A stretch of 64,000 bases of DNA from an uncultured Candidatus Saccharibacteria bacterium (GCA_964350645.1 CAYGJY010000001.1:326648-390647); one strand, 5' to 3'; counted from the first letter of the stretch, positions 18,936-32,210 are shown. The notes: generated from the sequence alone by a model not told the origin. Numbers and translations are program-made.

Positions 18936-19331
18936 TTAAACTGCAGGTTCGTCTTCTTTAAATTCACAACTAGTGATTTCAGCTAGACGCTCAAATGTTT
19001 GTGTACCAGTAATGCGTTCACCATCAGCCAGTACCCATGTTGGGTAGCTTTTGATTTCAGCATCAATACAAGCTTGTGTTTGATTTTGTCGGTCAGGTGT
19101 TGAACATTCTACATACGGAAGAAACTGTTGCGATGCACCAAACATATTTCGTTGGTCTTCACAGTGAGGACACCAAAAAGCACCATAGAAAGTAGCGCCA
19201 CTTTCTTGGATGCACTGAGCAAACTGATCATATTTACCCGGCTGTGCCTCATTCCAATAACGACCTCCCACAAGACCTCCAATAGCAATAACAATAAAAA
19301 AAATATAGTAGTGATAAGATTTTAATTTCAT
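18936..19331 (-). CDS. Membrane-anchored thioredoxin-fold protein (VKOR-associated Trx-like)
   Basis: FYGAFWCPHC, YVEC, SYPTW. Confidence 0.85.
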   Translation of the reverse strand: MKLKSYHYYIFFIVIAIGGLVGGRYWNEAQPGKYDQFAQCIQESGATFYGAFWCPHCEDQRNMFGASQQFLPYVECSTPDRQNQTQACIDAEIKSYPTWVLADGERITGTQTFERLAEITSCEFKEDEPAV

Positions 19332-19390
19332 ACAATCAGTTTAAATTAGCATTATGCATTATACACGAATGAAAAAGAGGTGCAGACGCT

Positions 19391-20491
19391 CTAGCTGTGC
19401 ATGAATTCAATCACATCTCCGTCTTTCACAATATACTCCTTCCCTTCAGTACGAAGCTTACCAGCCTCACGGGCTTTAGCCATCGAGCCAGTTGCAACGA
19501 GGTCTTCAAACGTAACAACCTGCGCACGAATGTATTTGTCTTTAAAATCTGTGTGAATAGCGGCACCAGCTTCCGGACCAGTACTGCCGATTGGTACTGT
19601 CCAAGCACGAGTCTCCTTAGGTCCCGTGGTGAAATAGCTCATCAGGCCAAGTTTGCGATACGCTGCCTTAATCAATGAAGCGACGCCATTGTCTTGACTG
19701 CCATATTCACGGCGGAATTCATTTTTTTCGTCTTCTTCAAGATCTTTAAGTTCATGCTCAACACCAGCATCCACAACCACGTACTCCGCTCCGGTGGTCT
19801 CAAAGAAGTGCAGCAACTCAGTCCAGCGTTCATCATTATTCTCATCGAGATTATATGAACTATTCTTTTTGTTACAAATGTATAGAAAGGGTTTCAAGGT
19901 CAGTAGATGTAGGTTTTTGACCAAGGGGAGCTCTTCTTTTGTGAATGCAAAGCTATTTGCTAGGTTGCCATGCTCTAGATGCGGTAGCAGGCGTTTGAGT
20001 ACGTCGTTCAGGGCTACAGCAGCCTTGTCACCGCGTTTGGCGTCGCGCTCGAGGTTGTTAAGCCGTTTACTAACAGTTTCTGCATCTGCCATGATCAACT
20101 CAAGATTGATCACTTCAATATCACTCATTGGATCAACTGCTCCAGCAACATGATGAATATCTTCATCTTCAAAGATACGTACTACTTCACCGATCATATC
20201 GCACTCACGGATATTAGCGAGAAACTTATTGCCCAACCCTTCACCAGTTGATGCACCTTTAACTAGCCCAGCAATGTCAACGAATTCGACAACTGCCGGC
20301 AAAGCTTTTTCACTACCAGAAACCTTACTCAAAGTATCGAGACGATGATCGGGCACAGCAACTACCCCGACAGTGGGGTCAATGGTTGCAAAGGGGTAAT
20401 TGGCAATGAGAACTTCATTTCTGGTGAGTGCGGTAAATAGCGTTGATTTACCAACGTTAGGGAGACCGACGATTCCGACAGATAGTGACAT
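19391..20491 (-). CDS. ychF: Redox-regulated ATPase YchF
   Basis: [36 protein letters not shown]. Confidence 0.97.
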   Translation of the reverse strand: MSLSVGIVGLPNVGKSTLFTALTRNEVLIANYPFATIDPTVGVVAVPDHRLDTLSKVSGSEKALPAVVEFVDIAGLVKGASTGEGLGNKFLANIRECDMIGEVVRIFEDEDIHHVAGAVDPMSDIEVINLELIMADAETVSKRLNNLERDAKRGDKAAVALNDVLKRLLPHLEHGNLANSFAFTKEELPLVKNLHLLTLKPFLYICNKKNSSYNLDENNDERWTELLHFFETTGAEYVVVDAGVEHELKDLEEDEKNEFRREYGSQDNGVASLIKAAYRKLGLMSYFTTGPKETRAWTVPIGSTGPEAGAAIHTDFKDKYIRAQVVTFEDLVATGSMAKAREAGKLRTEGKEYIVKDGDVIEFMHS

Positions 20492-20527
20492 GCGTGGTAC
20501 TCTAGCAAAAAGCTAGTGCTTTTACTA

Positions 20528-21106
20528 CTAGCAAGCTTTTTTACCTAGCTTTTCAATTTCTTTCATCCACTTTTCTTTACACACCTCACCAACTTTTTCA
20601 CAGGGTCCATAAGCTGATACTTTAGTTTTGATACCAGCAAAATCAAGAATCCCGTATTGGATTTCATTGGTAAAGTCACCAAACTTCCACCAAGTTTTAA
20701 AGGGCGAATGAGTTCCAGAGATAATGATGACTCGGCCAGTTTTTCCTTTGAGATGTTGCTCTAGTCGCTTAGTTTCTTTATTGAAGTTAAAAGCAAAGCC
20801 TGGAATCCAAAAACGATCAAAAAGTCCTTTAAGAAGAGCCGGCATCGTCGTCCACCAGTTTGGGTACACAATCACTAAGTGGTCACACCAACGGATGTCA
20901 TCTTGTAGTGCGAGCAAATCAGGTTCGAGAGCTTGAATTTCTTTGTAACCACGATGTAAAATCGGGTCAAACTGTAAATCGCCTAGATTGCAACGACGAA
21001 CTTCGTGCCCCGCTTCTTCGGCACCAGCTTGATAGCGGTCTGCGACTGCACCACTAAATGTTTCGGCATCTGGATTCGCCATCAGGACGACTATTTTCTT
21101 TGACAT
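20528..21106 (-). CDS. NAD(P)H-dependent oxidoreductase (flavodoxin_2 fold)
   Basis: LEPDL...YPNWWTTMPALLKGLFDR; start moved to MSKK at 21106. Confidence 0.9.
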   Translation of the reverse strand: MSKKIVVLMANPDAETFSGAVADRYQAGAEEAGHEVRRCNLGDLQFDPILHRGYKEIQALEPDLLALQDDIRWCDHLVIVYPNWWTTMPALLKGLFDRFWIPGFAFNFNKETKRLEQHLKGKTGRVIIISGTHSPFKTWWKFGDFTNEIQYGILDFAGIKTKVSAYGPCEKVGEVCKEKWMKEIEKLGKKAC

Positions 21107-21128
21107 AATGCCAGTAGTATACGACAAA

Positions 21129-21149
21129 GGGCGCGCCGAAGGCGCGCCC
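21129..21149 (-). terminator. Perfect 9-bp GC hairpin
   Basis: GGGCGCGCC-GAA-GGCGCGCCC, followed by TTTGT on the - strand. Confidence 0.7.
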
Positions 21150-21169
21150 ACCTGTTAGTAACTAAATGA

Positions 21170-21484
21170 TTAGCGACGAATACTACCGTTCGGATTAAAC
21201 TTTCCTTGAGAGCCCATCTGTTGCTGAATCAACTGCTGCTTCATGTCTTCAGGCATCACAGCGAGAAGTTCTTTTTGATATTTCGGCAGCACTTTCATTG
21301 CAGCAGCCATTTGATTATTGCCATTTGCTTTCATCTCTGCCTGCATTTCCTTGGCAATTTTTTCCAATAATTCTGGGTTACTTTCCATCAAGCCCATTAC
21401 CATTGCTCGCTGTTCTGGGGGTGCATCTTTTAGTTGTCTCTCCAATAGCTTTTTTAAAGCATAATTTTTTACTTTTCCAAACAT
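21170..21484 (-). CDS. Hypothetical Met/Gln-rich helical protein
   Basis: 104 aa; TACAAT 8 nt upstream. Confidence 0.7.
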   Translation of the reverse strand: MFGKVKNYALKKLLERQLKDAPPEQRAMVMGLMESNPELLEKIAKEMQAEMKANGNNQMAAAMKVLPKYQKELLAVMPEDMKQQLIQQQMGSQGKFNPNGSIRR

Positions 21485-21537
21485 AGACTAATATTGTAGC
21501 AGGCTAAGAACATTGGGTAAACGCATAGGTGCAACTA

Positions 21538-21570
21538 TTGACAAATCAGTTAAATATAGTACTTTTGTCA
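21538..21570 (+). promoter_or_regulatory. Putative promoter/operator of the RND operon
   Basis: TTGACA-16-TACTTT, bracketed by the inverted repeat TGACAAA...TTTGTCA. Confidence 0.4.
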
Positions 21571-21592
21571 CAAATCTAACAAATATATCTGT

Positions 21593-23176
21593 ATGAATAT
21601 TCCTGGAATTCAGAAGCTTTTTAACTGGTACGGTAAAAAAACTGTCGTCGTAGTTTTAATCGGCATTATCGCACTAATAGTTCTTGCAGTTGTGCTGAAA
21701 AAAGCTGACCAAACAGAGCCAGAAGTAACCGCAACTTCAGTACCGACTGTTGAAACAGCCTCGGTTGGCACTTTGTCAGGATCTGTTAATTGGACTGTAA
21801 TTGGACAAGTTGAAGCTGTAAGTCGAGCTGAAGTTAAAAGTGAAACTAGTGGTCGCATCATCTCAGTCTCAGCAAAATTAGGTGACACTCTCCCAGCGGG
21901 AGCTATTATAGCCCAAATTGAAAATGCTTCAGAGCGTGCTGCTGTACTACAAGCTGAAGGTGCATACGAGGCTGCTCAAGCAGCAGCAAGTCAGAGTGAT
22001 CTTGGTACTGGTCAAGCAATCACCAACCTAGAAACTGCTAAAAATAACCTTCAGGCAGCCCAGAATGCAATTCTCAATCTAAATCGAACTGCTTATACAA
22101 CAAACAATCAAATCCTCCTAGAATCAATTGATAATTTCTTTACCAATCCGATTAGATTAGAAGCCAGACTTAATATTGACGGACGTACAAAAACGGATCA
22201 ACTTATCAATGAGCGGACCGCTTTTAGAATGATGTTTCCATCATGGCAAACTGCTACAACTGATACTATTGCAGACCCCCGCTCAACACTTAATTTAGTT
22301 GAAGCAAACACTAAAAGAGTCCTCACGATGGTCGATATTTTTATTGAACTCCTTCCCCGAGCCGACGAAAACTTTTACTTTACCACTGCAGAACTGGCAG
22401 CGGAGCTAGACAACTTTAACGCAATTCGTTCCCAACTCGTTGGAATCATCGCTGCTGTTGAACAGAACCGTACTGCTTTAAACAACGCTGAAAAAGTAGT
22501 CGAAAACGCTTCTACAGCTCTACAACAAGCAGAAATCGGTGGCACTGGTAGTGAAGTCTCTACTGCCAACGCTCAAGTAAAACAAGCACTTGGTTCACTA
22601 CGCAGTGCCCAGGCAAATCTAGCCAAGACAATCATCCGGACACCGATTGCTGGCGAAGTTAATAGTATTGACATCAATATTGGAGATTTTGTTGCTCCAC
22701 AAAGTATCATCGCCGAAGTAGCAAACAACAAGGCCCTTGAAATTACTGCTTTTGTTGGAGAAGCTGATCGCAATCAAATCACTGAGGGTCAGATTGTTAT
22801 GATTGATGGCCAGTACGAAGGAGTAGTAACAACGATCGCTAGTGCTATCAACCAAAATACAAAAAAATACGAAGTTAAAGTTGCCACAGAAAATGACACA
22901 CTTGCAAATGGTGCTACGGTTACAATTGAGAGCACCACTGAAGTAAACACTGCGTCTACTGAACTCTATATTCCTATAACTGCAGTGAAGTTCACTGACA
23001 CGAATGGTTCTGTGTATTTTGTCGAAGACAGTATATTAGTCGCGCGGCCAGTTACTATTGGACGAATTTCTGGTTCATCAGTTGAGATCACGGACGGCAT
23101 CACTAGTTCTGACATGATTGTAATCGACGCTCGTGGATTGGTCGTTGGCCAACAAGTTGAAGTAACAAACGGCTAG
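21593..23176 (+). CDS. RND efflux adaptor (membrane fusion protein) with long coiled coil
   Basis: N-terminal TM; lipoyl halves EVKSETSGRI and IRTPIAGEV; IPITAV; VEITDGI. Confidence 0.9.
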   Translation: MNIPGIQKLFNWYGKKTVVVVLIGIIALIVLAVVLKKADQTEPEVTATSVPTVETASVGTLSGSVNWTVIGQVEAVSRAEVKSETSGRIISVSAKLGDTLPAGAIIAQIENASERAAVLQAEGAYEAAQAAASQSDLGTGQAITNLETAKNNLQAAQNAILNLNRTAYTTNNQILLESIDNFFTNPIRLEARLNIDGRTKTDQLINERTAFRMMFPSWQTATTDTIADPRSTLNLVEANTKRVLTMVDIFIELLPRADENFYFTTAELAAELDNFNAIRSQLVGIIAAVEQNRTALNNAEKVVENASTALQQAEIGGTGSEVSTANAQVKQALGSLRSAQANLAKTIIRTPIAGEVNSIDINIGDFVAPQSIIAEVANNKALEITAFVGEADRNQITEGQIVMIDGQYEGVVTTIASAINQNTKKYEVKVATENDTLANGATVTIESTTEVNTASTELYIPITAVKFTDTNGSVYFVEDSILVARPVTIGRISGSSVEITDGITSSDMIVIDARGLVVGQQVEVTNG

Positions 23177-23179
23177 TAT

Positions 23180-26100
23180 ATGTGGGAATTTTTCATTAAA
23201 AACAACAAGTTTGCATACTTGTTCTTGGCTGCATTAATTGGCGTTGGGTTATACAGCCTGATCGCGATACCAAAAGAGTCAGCACCTGAAGTTATAGTTC
23301 CAGTTGGAATTATTAGTACAGTTTTGCCTGGTGCACCTGCGGCTGATGTTGAATCACTAGTTACAAATGAAATTGAGCGTGGTCTTTCTTCAGTAGAAAA
23401 TGTGAAGAAAATTACTTCTACCTCTCGTGAAAGTGTCTCAGTTATTACTGTCGAATTCGACGCTAGCGCCAACATAGATGATTCAATCCAAGATCTGAAA
23501 GATCAGGTCGATATCATCAAGACTGACCTGCCAACCGATGCCGAGGATCCGTCTGTGTCAGAAGTAAATTTTGTTGACCAACCTATCATCACATTTGCAC
23601 TGGCTGCTGATCTTACACCTCAAGAATTTACTCGTTTGGCTGATTCTGTTGAAGAAGAAATTGAAGTTCTAGCAGGTGTGTCGAGAGTAGAGAAAAGTGG
23701 CGTGCGTAATCGTGAAGTGACGATCATCGTAGACCAGTCAAAGCTGTTTCTTTTCGATATATCACTCACAGATATTACGAATGCCATTCGCAATGCAAAC
23801 GTCACCTTCCCTATTGGTCAAATCGAAAATAATGGCGTCTCATATAATGTTGCCTTTGAAGGTGACATAGAAGATCCAAATCAAATCGCAAACATTAGTA
23901 TTACCACTCGCGGTGGTCAATCTGTGTACGTCCGCGACATCGCAACAGTGATTGATGGCTTATCCCCTGCAAACTCTATCTCACGGTTAAGTGTTGAGGG
24001 TGCTCCATCTAAATCGTCAATTTCTTTTGATGTGTATAAGCAAACCGGTGGAGACATTACAGCAATTGCGCGTAATATCAATAGCCGACTCGCTGAACTG
24101 CAAACCTCCGGAGAAATCCTTGAGAGCATTACCAGTGTAACTGTTCTCGATGCTGGAAAAGATATTGAAAACGACTTGATTCGTCTTTCTAGTTCTGGTG
24201 TCCAAACTGTAATTCTCGTAGTTTTACTCTTGGTCCTTGCCTTAGGCTGGCGTGAAGGTCTCCTTGCAGGAGCGGCAATTCCTCTATCGTTTTTGTTTGG
24301 TTTTATTGGATTGTATTTATCAGGAAATACAATTAACTTCCTTAGTCTCTTTTCATTAATTCTTGGTATTGGTATTTTGGTCGACTCGGCGATTGTGATG
24401 GTTGAAGGTATCAACCGACGAATGAAAGATGATCCTACCATCGACAAACGAGCAGCCGCTTACGCCGCTATCTCAGAATTCAAAGCGCCGCTTATATCAG
24501 GAACACTAACAACAGTTTCGATGTTTGTGGGTCTATTTATTGTTTCTGGTGTTATTGGTCAATTTATTGCCAGTATTCCATTTACGTTAATTTTTTTACT
24601 GTTCGCTTCAATGTTTGTTGCCCTAGCAATCATTCCGCTGCTTGCTGCTGACGTGATGCGACGACGCAGCACAACAAAATTTGAACAACGTCAGGTTGCA
24701 TACGCACGACGACTTGAAGACTGGTACCAATCAAAGCTCGCTTTTCTGTTGGATGACTTGGGACGACAAAATACCTTCCTGGCTGCCATAATTACTCTCC
24801 TTGTATTCTCACTGCTGCTACCGGTCAATCTAATTGCCGGCTGTGTCGCAGCACCGTTTATCTACTTTTTGAGTAAGCGAATCCTACGCATTAATGTACG
24901 TCGTTTTCGCGAAGGAGCGAAAGTTATCTTGTTATTACTTGTGACAATGATTATTTCAGTAATCACTGTCATTGGAACACAGTTTCTGGCCCCAACTATC
25001 AGCTTAGTAAAAGTAGTGTTCTTTGAGCAAGGTGATGTTGAGTTCATTATTATAGAGGTTGAAAATCCTGAAGGCACAACAAAGGAAGTGACCGATATTG
25101 CTGTGCGTCGCGTTGAAGAACTCTTATACCAACGAGATGATATCGAATCATACACAGCTACAGTGGGTAGCGGAAGTCAGTTCGGCGCCGGAGGTAGCGG
25201 TGAAAAACTTGCCAATATTTTTATTTCTCTAGATGAAGACCGAACTGAAACTAGTACTGAGATCGTAGAAGAACTGCGTAGTGAACTAGCTGTTATTCGA
25301 GATGTTAAAGTCACTGTCAATCAACCAAGCGACGGACCACCAACAGGAGCAGCCTTAATAATTAAATTTCTTGGTGATGATCTAACCGAAATCACTCAGT
25401 TTGCCAACGAAACCGCTGAGCTAATTCGTAGTATCGACAATACGACAAACATCGAAACCAGTACTAACAGTAATAATACAGAGTTTGTATTAGAACTTGA
25501 CCGCAACAAAACTGCTGCCCTTGGCCTCAACCCCTTCACTGTATCCCAGATAGCTCGAACAGCTGTTTTTGGTACTGATGCTACCTCACTCACTACACTT
25601 GATGAAGATATTGATGTCGTAGTAAAACTCGACATTGACCAAAGTGGAACACGCGATCCTGAAGCAACTAATATCACTACCATTGATGATCTTACCCGCA
25701 TCAACCTGCCGACCATCAATGGACTGGTTCCTCTTTCAGAATTAGTGACTGTGAGTTTACGAGAATCAAGTTCCGTTATTAACCACGAAGATAAAAAGCG
25801 AGTTGTCAGTGTAACAGCTGATGTAACCGCAGAAGGCAATGCTCGCGAAATTCAAGCAGAGATTCTTCGACGAGTAGAAACTGAACTCGGCGTACCTGCA
25901 GGAGTTGAAATTAGTACTGGTGGTGGTGAAACTGATGAGTCAAATCAAGCCTTCGTCGAAATGTTTTTAGCTCTCGTGGTCGGTATTGGTTTAATGGTAG
26001 GAATCCTCACATTGCAGTTCAACTCATATCGAGCGATGGCCTATGTACTTTCAATTCTGCCGTTCTCACTCATCGGAATTATGTTTGGTCTTGCAATCAC

Positions 26101-26443
26101 CCAAAATCCACTTTCCTTCCCTTCTATCATGGGCTTTATCGCACTCTCTGGAATTGTCGTCAACAACTCTATTCTCTTGATTGATATGATGAACACAATT
26201 CGAAAGAATCAGCCAGAAAAATCATTGCGTACTGTCGTGCTTGAAACAGCTGGTAACCGATTGCGACCAATTCTGCTGACTACAATTACAACTGTGATAG
26301 GTATGGTGCCCCTCACCTACGCAGGTGATCTTTGGTCACCTCTTGCTTACGCTGTTATGTTTGGTCTTGTCTTTTCAGTGGTGATTACGCTCGTTCTCAT
26401 TCCAATCATTTACTTCCGAAAGCCAAGTAAATTAGCCGAGTAA
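23180..26443 (+). CDS. RND efflux permease (AcrB/SwrC-like)
   Basis: PGAPAADVESLVT, GILVDSAIVMVE, GIVVNNSILL, RLRPILLTT. Confidence 0.95.
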   Translation: MWEFFIKNNKFAYLFLAALIGVGLYSLIAIPKESAPEVIVPVGIISTVLPGAPAADVESLVTNEIERGLSSVENVKKITSTSRESVSVITVEFDASANIDDSIQDLKDQVDIIKTDLPTDAEDPSVSEVNFVDQPIITFALAADLTPQEFTRLADSVEEEIEVLAGVSRVEKSGVRNREVTIIVDQSKLFLFDISLTDITNAIRNANVTFPIGQIENNGVSYNVAFEGDIEDPNQIANISITTRGGQSVYVRDIATVIDGLSPANSISRLSVEGAPSKSSISFDVYKQTGGDITAIARNINSRLAELQTSGEILESITSVTVLDAGKDIENDLIRLSSSGVQTVILVVLLLVLALGWREGLLAGAAIPLSFLFGFIGLYLSGNTINFLSLFSLILGIGILVDSAIVMVEGINRRMKDDPTIDKRAAAYAAISEFKAPLISGTLTTVSMFVGLFIVSGVIGQFIASIPFTLIFLLFASMFVALAIIPLLAADVMRRRSTTKFEQRQVAYARRLEDWYQSKLAFLLDDLGRQNTFLAAIITLLVFSLLLPVNLIAGCVAAPFIYFLSKRILRINVRRFREGAKVILLLLVTMIISVITVIGTQFLAPTISLVKVVFFEQGDVEFIIIEVENPEGTTKEVTDIAVRRVEELLYQRDDIESYTATVGSGSQFGAGGSGEKLANIFISLDEDRTETSTEIVEELRSELAVIRDVKVTVNQPSDGPPTGAALIIKFLGDDLTEITQFANETAELIRSIDNTTNIETSTNSNNTEFVLELDRNKTAALGLNPFTVSQIARTAVFGTDATSLTTLDEDIDVVVKLDIDQSGTRDPEATNITTIDDLTRINLPTINGLVPLSELVTVSLRESSSVINHEDKKRVVSVTADVTAEGNAREIQAEILRRVETELGVPAGVEISTGGGETDESNQAFVEMFLALVVGIGLMVGILTLQFNSYRAMAYVLSILPFSLIGIMFGLAITQNPLSFPSIMGFIALSGIVVNNSILLIDMMNTIRKNQPEKSLRTVVLETAGNRLRPILLTTITTVIGMVPLTYAGDLWSPLAYAVMFGLVFSVVITLVLIPIIYFRKPSKLAE

Positions 26444-26446
26444 AGA

Positions 26447-26959
26447 TTATTTCTGAGCGTTCTTTTTACTTAGCTGTACAAGAGCATATACAAGCAGTGT
26501 CACTATCGCAGAAAATCCAACATACCAAACAAGCAGAAATAGAAATTTAGTCTCCACAACGAAAGCTGAAGGCAATGCCACTAAAACTCCCATTGAATAC
26601 CAGGCAGAGGCTTGAATCCCAGGGCCAATTGAACTTGGCATAAGATGTTTTGTCATTAAAACTGCATTTCCAAACAGAACTGCAATCAATACCCAAAAGA
26701 GAGAGCTATAACCAGTGAGGTATGCATCACCAATCACTGAATATGACACGTAGGCCAGGATAGTGGTCGTCGCGAGAATCAAAACCATCGCTACGCGTAA
26801 AAGTGTATACAACACACCCATAATGCGTCGCTCACCTTCACCAATCGTGCCATCTTTGATAGCTACAAAAAAACTCACAATCGCTGCTGTTGAACAACCA
26901 ACTCCAAGTGAGATAGCGACTGACTGCAACACTGAAAACAAAACAAATATTAGATCCAT
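26447..26959 (-). CDS. Five-TM membrane protein
   Basis: Hydrophobic 170 aa; TATAGT 8 nt upstream. Confidence 0.75.
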   Translation of the reverse strand: MDLIFVLFSVLQSVAISLGVGCSTAAIVSFFVAIKDGTIGEGERRIMGVLYTLLRVAMVLILATTTILAYVSYSVIGDAYLTGYSSLFWVLIAVLFGNAVLMTKHLMPSSIGPGIQASAWYSMGVLVALPSAFVVETKFLFLLVWYVGFSAIVTLLVYALVQLSKKNAQK

Positions 26960-26974
26960 ATGTAAGTACTATAG

Positions 26975-27005
26975 CAAACAGCGGCGCCAAAGGCGCCGCT
27001 GTTTG
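26975..27005 (-). terminator. atp operon terminator, perfect 14-bp arms
   Basis: CAAACAGCGGCGCC-AAA-GGCGCCGCTGTTTG. Confidence 0.75.
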
Positions 27006-27023
27006 TGTATATGTACTTCCTTG

Positions 27024-27274
27024 TTAAATCAAAACCGTGGCGTGATTGTGGCTGATCTCCAACGTGCCAGATTCAATTTCGTGAGTTTCAGTTTCTCCGC
27101 CGACTTTTTTGATTGTAATCTTCCCTTTTTTCAGTGGTGAAATAAGCGCTGTGTGATTAGCCAGGATCTCCATTTCACCATCAGTGCCAGGTAAGACTAC
27201 TGAAAGTACCTCACCCTCAAATACCGGAGCGTCAACTTTTGAAACGGTGAGTTGTAGTAATTTTTGTTCAGACA

Positions 27275-27275
<1 letters not shown>
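27024..27275 (-). CDS. atpC: ATP synthase epsilon (N-terminal domain only)
   Basis: PGTDGEMEILANHTALISPL; operon position. Confidence 0.93.
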
Positions 27276-29667
<2,392 letters not shown>

Positions 29668-29675
29668 GGTGTGAA

Positions 29676-31247
29676 TTATTCAGTTACTGCGTAAAGGTTG
29701 CTGTTTGCTTCCTTAAAATTCTTCATAGCTGTATTGATTTTCTCTACCACTTCGTCAGTCAGTTCTCGGCCTGATTCGAGGGTGGTGAGAATATCTTTTT
29801 GATCACGTTCAATAAAGTCCAGAAGAGCAGCCTCAATCTTGCGAGTGTTTTCCACTGGCGCACCGTCGAAGATACCGTTGTTGGCAGCGTAGATAGCCAC
29901 CACTTGTTTGTAGAACGGTACCGGCGCGTTCTGTGGCTGCTTAAGCATTTCCACATACTTGCGACCAGATTCGATCCGGGCCTTAGTGTCATCATCGAGG
30001 TCTGAAGCGAACTGCATAAAGGCTTCTAACTCACGGAATTGAGCCAGTTCAAGTCGAATTTTTCCAGCCACTTTCTTCATCGCCTTTGTTTGAGCTGAAG
30101 ATCCTACCCGAGATACTGAAATACCAACGTCGAGAGCTGGTCGAATTCCCTTGTTGAAGAGGTCGGTATCAAGGAAGATCTGACCGTCAGTGATCGAGAT
30201 CACGTTAGTTGGGATGTACGCAGACACGTCTCCTTCTTGGGTTTCAATGATTGGCAGCGCAGTGATTGATCCGCCACCAAGCTCAGCTGATAGCTTAGCT
30301 GATCGCTCAAGGAGTCGTGAGTGTAGATAGAAAATATCTCCTGGGTACGCTTCACGTCCTGGTGGTCGTCTAAGAAGTAGCGACATTTGTCGGTAAGCGT
30401 TCGCATGCTTTGAGAGGTCGTCGAGAATGATCAAGACATCCTTACCTTGTTGCATGAAGTATTCTCCAATCGCCATTCCAGCAAATGGTGCCAAGAAAAG
30501 CATCGGTGACGCTTCAGAGGCTGAGGTTGCCACGATAGTCGTGTACTCCATTGCGCCAGCTTCTTCAAGCTTAGCCATAATACTTACGGTCTTTGAACGT
30601 TTTTGCCCAACTGCCACATAAATACAGATTGGTCGTTTATCTTTTGGTTCGTATTTTTGGTTGATGATGGTGTCGACAGCGATAGTTGTCTTACCAGTCT
30701 GACGGTCACCAATGATCAATTCACGTTGCCCACGTCCGATCGGGATCATTGAGTCGATTGCCTTAATACCAGTGTGAATTGGTTCGTTTACCGAAGAACG
30801 ATCCATCACGCCGTACGCCACTCGCTCAATCGGCATATCTTTATCAGTGTCGATTGCACCATTGCCATCGATTGGTTCACCGAGAGCATTCACTACTCGG
30901 CCAACGATTGATTCACCAACTGGAATTGAGAGTAGTTTGTTAGTACGCATCACCCGCATACCTTCTTTTACTCGGTTTGATTCACCAAGCACCACCACTT
31001 TTACAGTATCCTCTTCGAGGTTCAAAATAAGACCGTAGAGAGCATCCTCGTTTTTGAGGGCCTCTTCAAGTGACTTACCATCACTGTCGTCAAAGATGAT
31101 CATCTCCATCATCTGGGCAGTTTTAAGGCCGTCGATTTCAGCGATACCGTCACCAACAGTGGTAACGACGCCGACCTCTTCGGGCATGCTTGCCGTGTCG
31201 AGACCAGCGATTTCTTTTTTGATCTTGTCGATTATTACAGTGCTCAT
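29676..31247 (-). CDS. atpA: ATP synthase alpha
   Basis: [18 protein letters not shown]. Confidence 0.99.
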   Translation of the reverse strand: MSTVIIDKIKKEIAGLDTASMPEEVGVVTTVGDGIAEIDGLKTAQMMEMIIFDDSDGKSLEEALKNEDALYGLILNLEEDTVKVVVLGESNRVKEGMRVMRTNKLLSIPVGESIVGRVVNALGEPIDGNGAIDTDKDMPIERVAYGVMDRSSVNEPIHTGIKAIDSMIPIGRGQRELIIGDRQTGKTTIAVDTIINQKYEPKDKRPICIYVAVGQKRSKTVSIMAKLEEAGAMEYTTIVATSASEASPMLFLAPFAGMAIGEYFMQQGKDVLIILDDLSKHANAYRQMSLLLRRPPGREAYPGDIFYLHSRLLERSAKLSAELGGGSITALPIIETQEGDVSAYIPTNVISITDGQIFLDTDLFNKGIRPALDVGISVSRVGSSAQTKAMKKVAGKIRLELAQFRELEAFMQFASDLDDDTKARIESGRKYVEMLKQPQNAPVPFYKQVVAIYAANNGIFDGAPVENTRKIEAALLDFIERDQKDILTTLESGRELTDEVVEKINTAMKNFKEANSNLYAVTE

Positions 31248-31283
31248 AGATTTAATAATTTAATTGTAAGTGGTGGTGAATAA

Positions 31284-31664
31284 TTAGGCAGTTAGTGAAC
31301 GATAGAGTTTTACTAACTTCGATTTGTAACTGTGGTCGAGACGTCGGTTGTTTGCCTCGACGACAAAGCCACCGACAAGTGTCTCATCTACAGTAACAGT
31401 TGGTTCTGACTGCGCATCTAGCTCTGCTAAAGCAGTAGCAATAGCCGCAGCGTACTTGTTTTTGTCAGCTTCTGAAGCAACAAATGCCTCAGCGCCAGTT
31501 AGGTCTTTTGCGGACATGATTCGAACCACACCATGTAACACTGAGCCCAAAAGTGCCTGGTGCCCATGGGCAGTTAAGGTCGTTTTTAAGCCAGCGATAA
31601 CCATCTCTGGCTCATTGCCAGCTTCAATCATTGCAATCACTGCTTGTGTGTAGTTTTCTTTCAT
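31284..31664 (-). CDS. atpH: ATP synthase delta (short)
   Basis: VDETLVGGFVV...DHSYKSKL; operon position. Confidence 0.9.
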   Translation of the reverse strand: MKENYTQAVIAMIEAGNEPEMVIAGLKTTLTAHGHQALLGSVLHGVVRIMSAKDLTGAEAFVASEADKNKYAAAIATALAELDAQSEPTVTVDETLVGGFVVEANNRRLDHSYKSKLVKLYRSLTA

Positions 31665-31666
31665 GA

Positions 31667-32113
31667 TTACGCTTCTTTTCTCAGGATTTTTTCAGCAGCC
31701 AAAACAGCCAGTTTAGCGATCTCCGCTTCACTTTCTTTAAGGGCTTGAGCTTTAAGGTCAACGCTCTTCTTTTCTGCGGCGCTGATGACTCCAGCTGCTT
31801 TTTCTTCAGCGACAGCCAAAATGTCAGCAGTTTTTTGGTCAGCAGCAACTTTAGCGCGAGCGTTCACCTCCTCAGCATCCTTGTGAGCAGATGTCAGAAT
31901 TGCTCGCTTTTCAGTATCGGCTTCTGCCTTGGACTGGGCGGCTGCTTCAGCATCACTAATTCCCTGCTTAATCTTTTCCTCACGATCGTTTAAGACCTTA
32001 AGAACTGGCTTATACAGGAAATAACTCAACAATCCCATAAGGATCACGAAGTTGATGATTTGGATGGTAATTAACTTTACGTCAATTCCGAATGCTTCAA
32101 TGAGTTGTTCCAT
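31667..32113 (-). CDS. atpF: ATP synthase subunit b
   Basis: QIINFVIL...YKPVLKVLNDREEKI; start moved to MEQL at 32113. Confidence 0.95.
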   Translation of the reverse strand: MEQLIEAFGIDVKLITIQIINFVILMGLLSYFLYKPVLKVLNDREEKIKQGISDAEAAAQSKAEADTEKRAILTSAHKDAEEVNARAKVAADQKTADILAVAEEKAAGVISAAEKKSVDLKAQALKESEAEIAKLAVLAAEKILRKEA

Positions 32114-32210
32114 ACTAATAGGTTTTAACTTGTGATAAGCGTGTCTGAATGCCTTGTAGGAACACAAGATCTGCAAACCACTGCTTAATCATAGTTGCTA
32201 CACTCGCTGA

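Noticed and set aside
13095-21149. N4-phage-type hairpin promoters or REP elements
   Set aside because: Stem sequences differ between copies, loop orientation relative to transcription is inconsistent, and ordinary -10 boxes are present.
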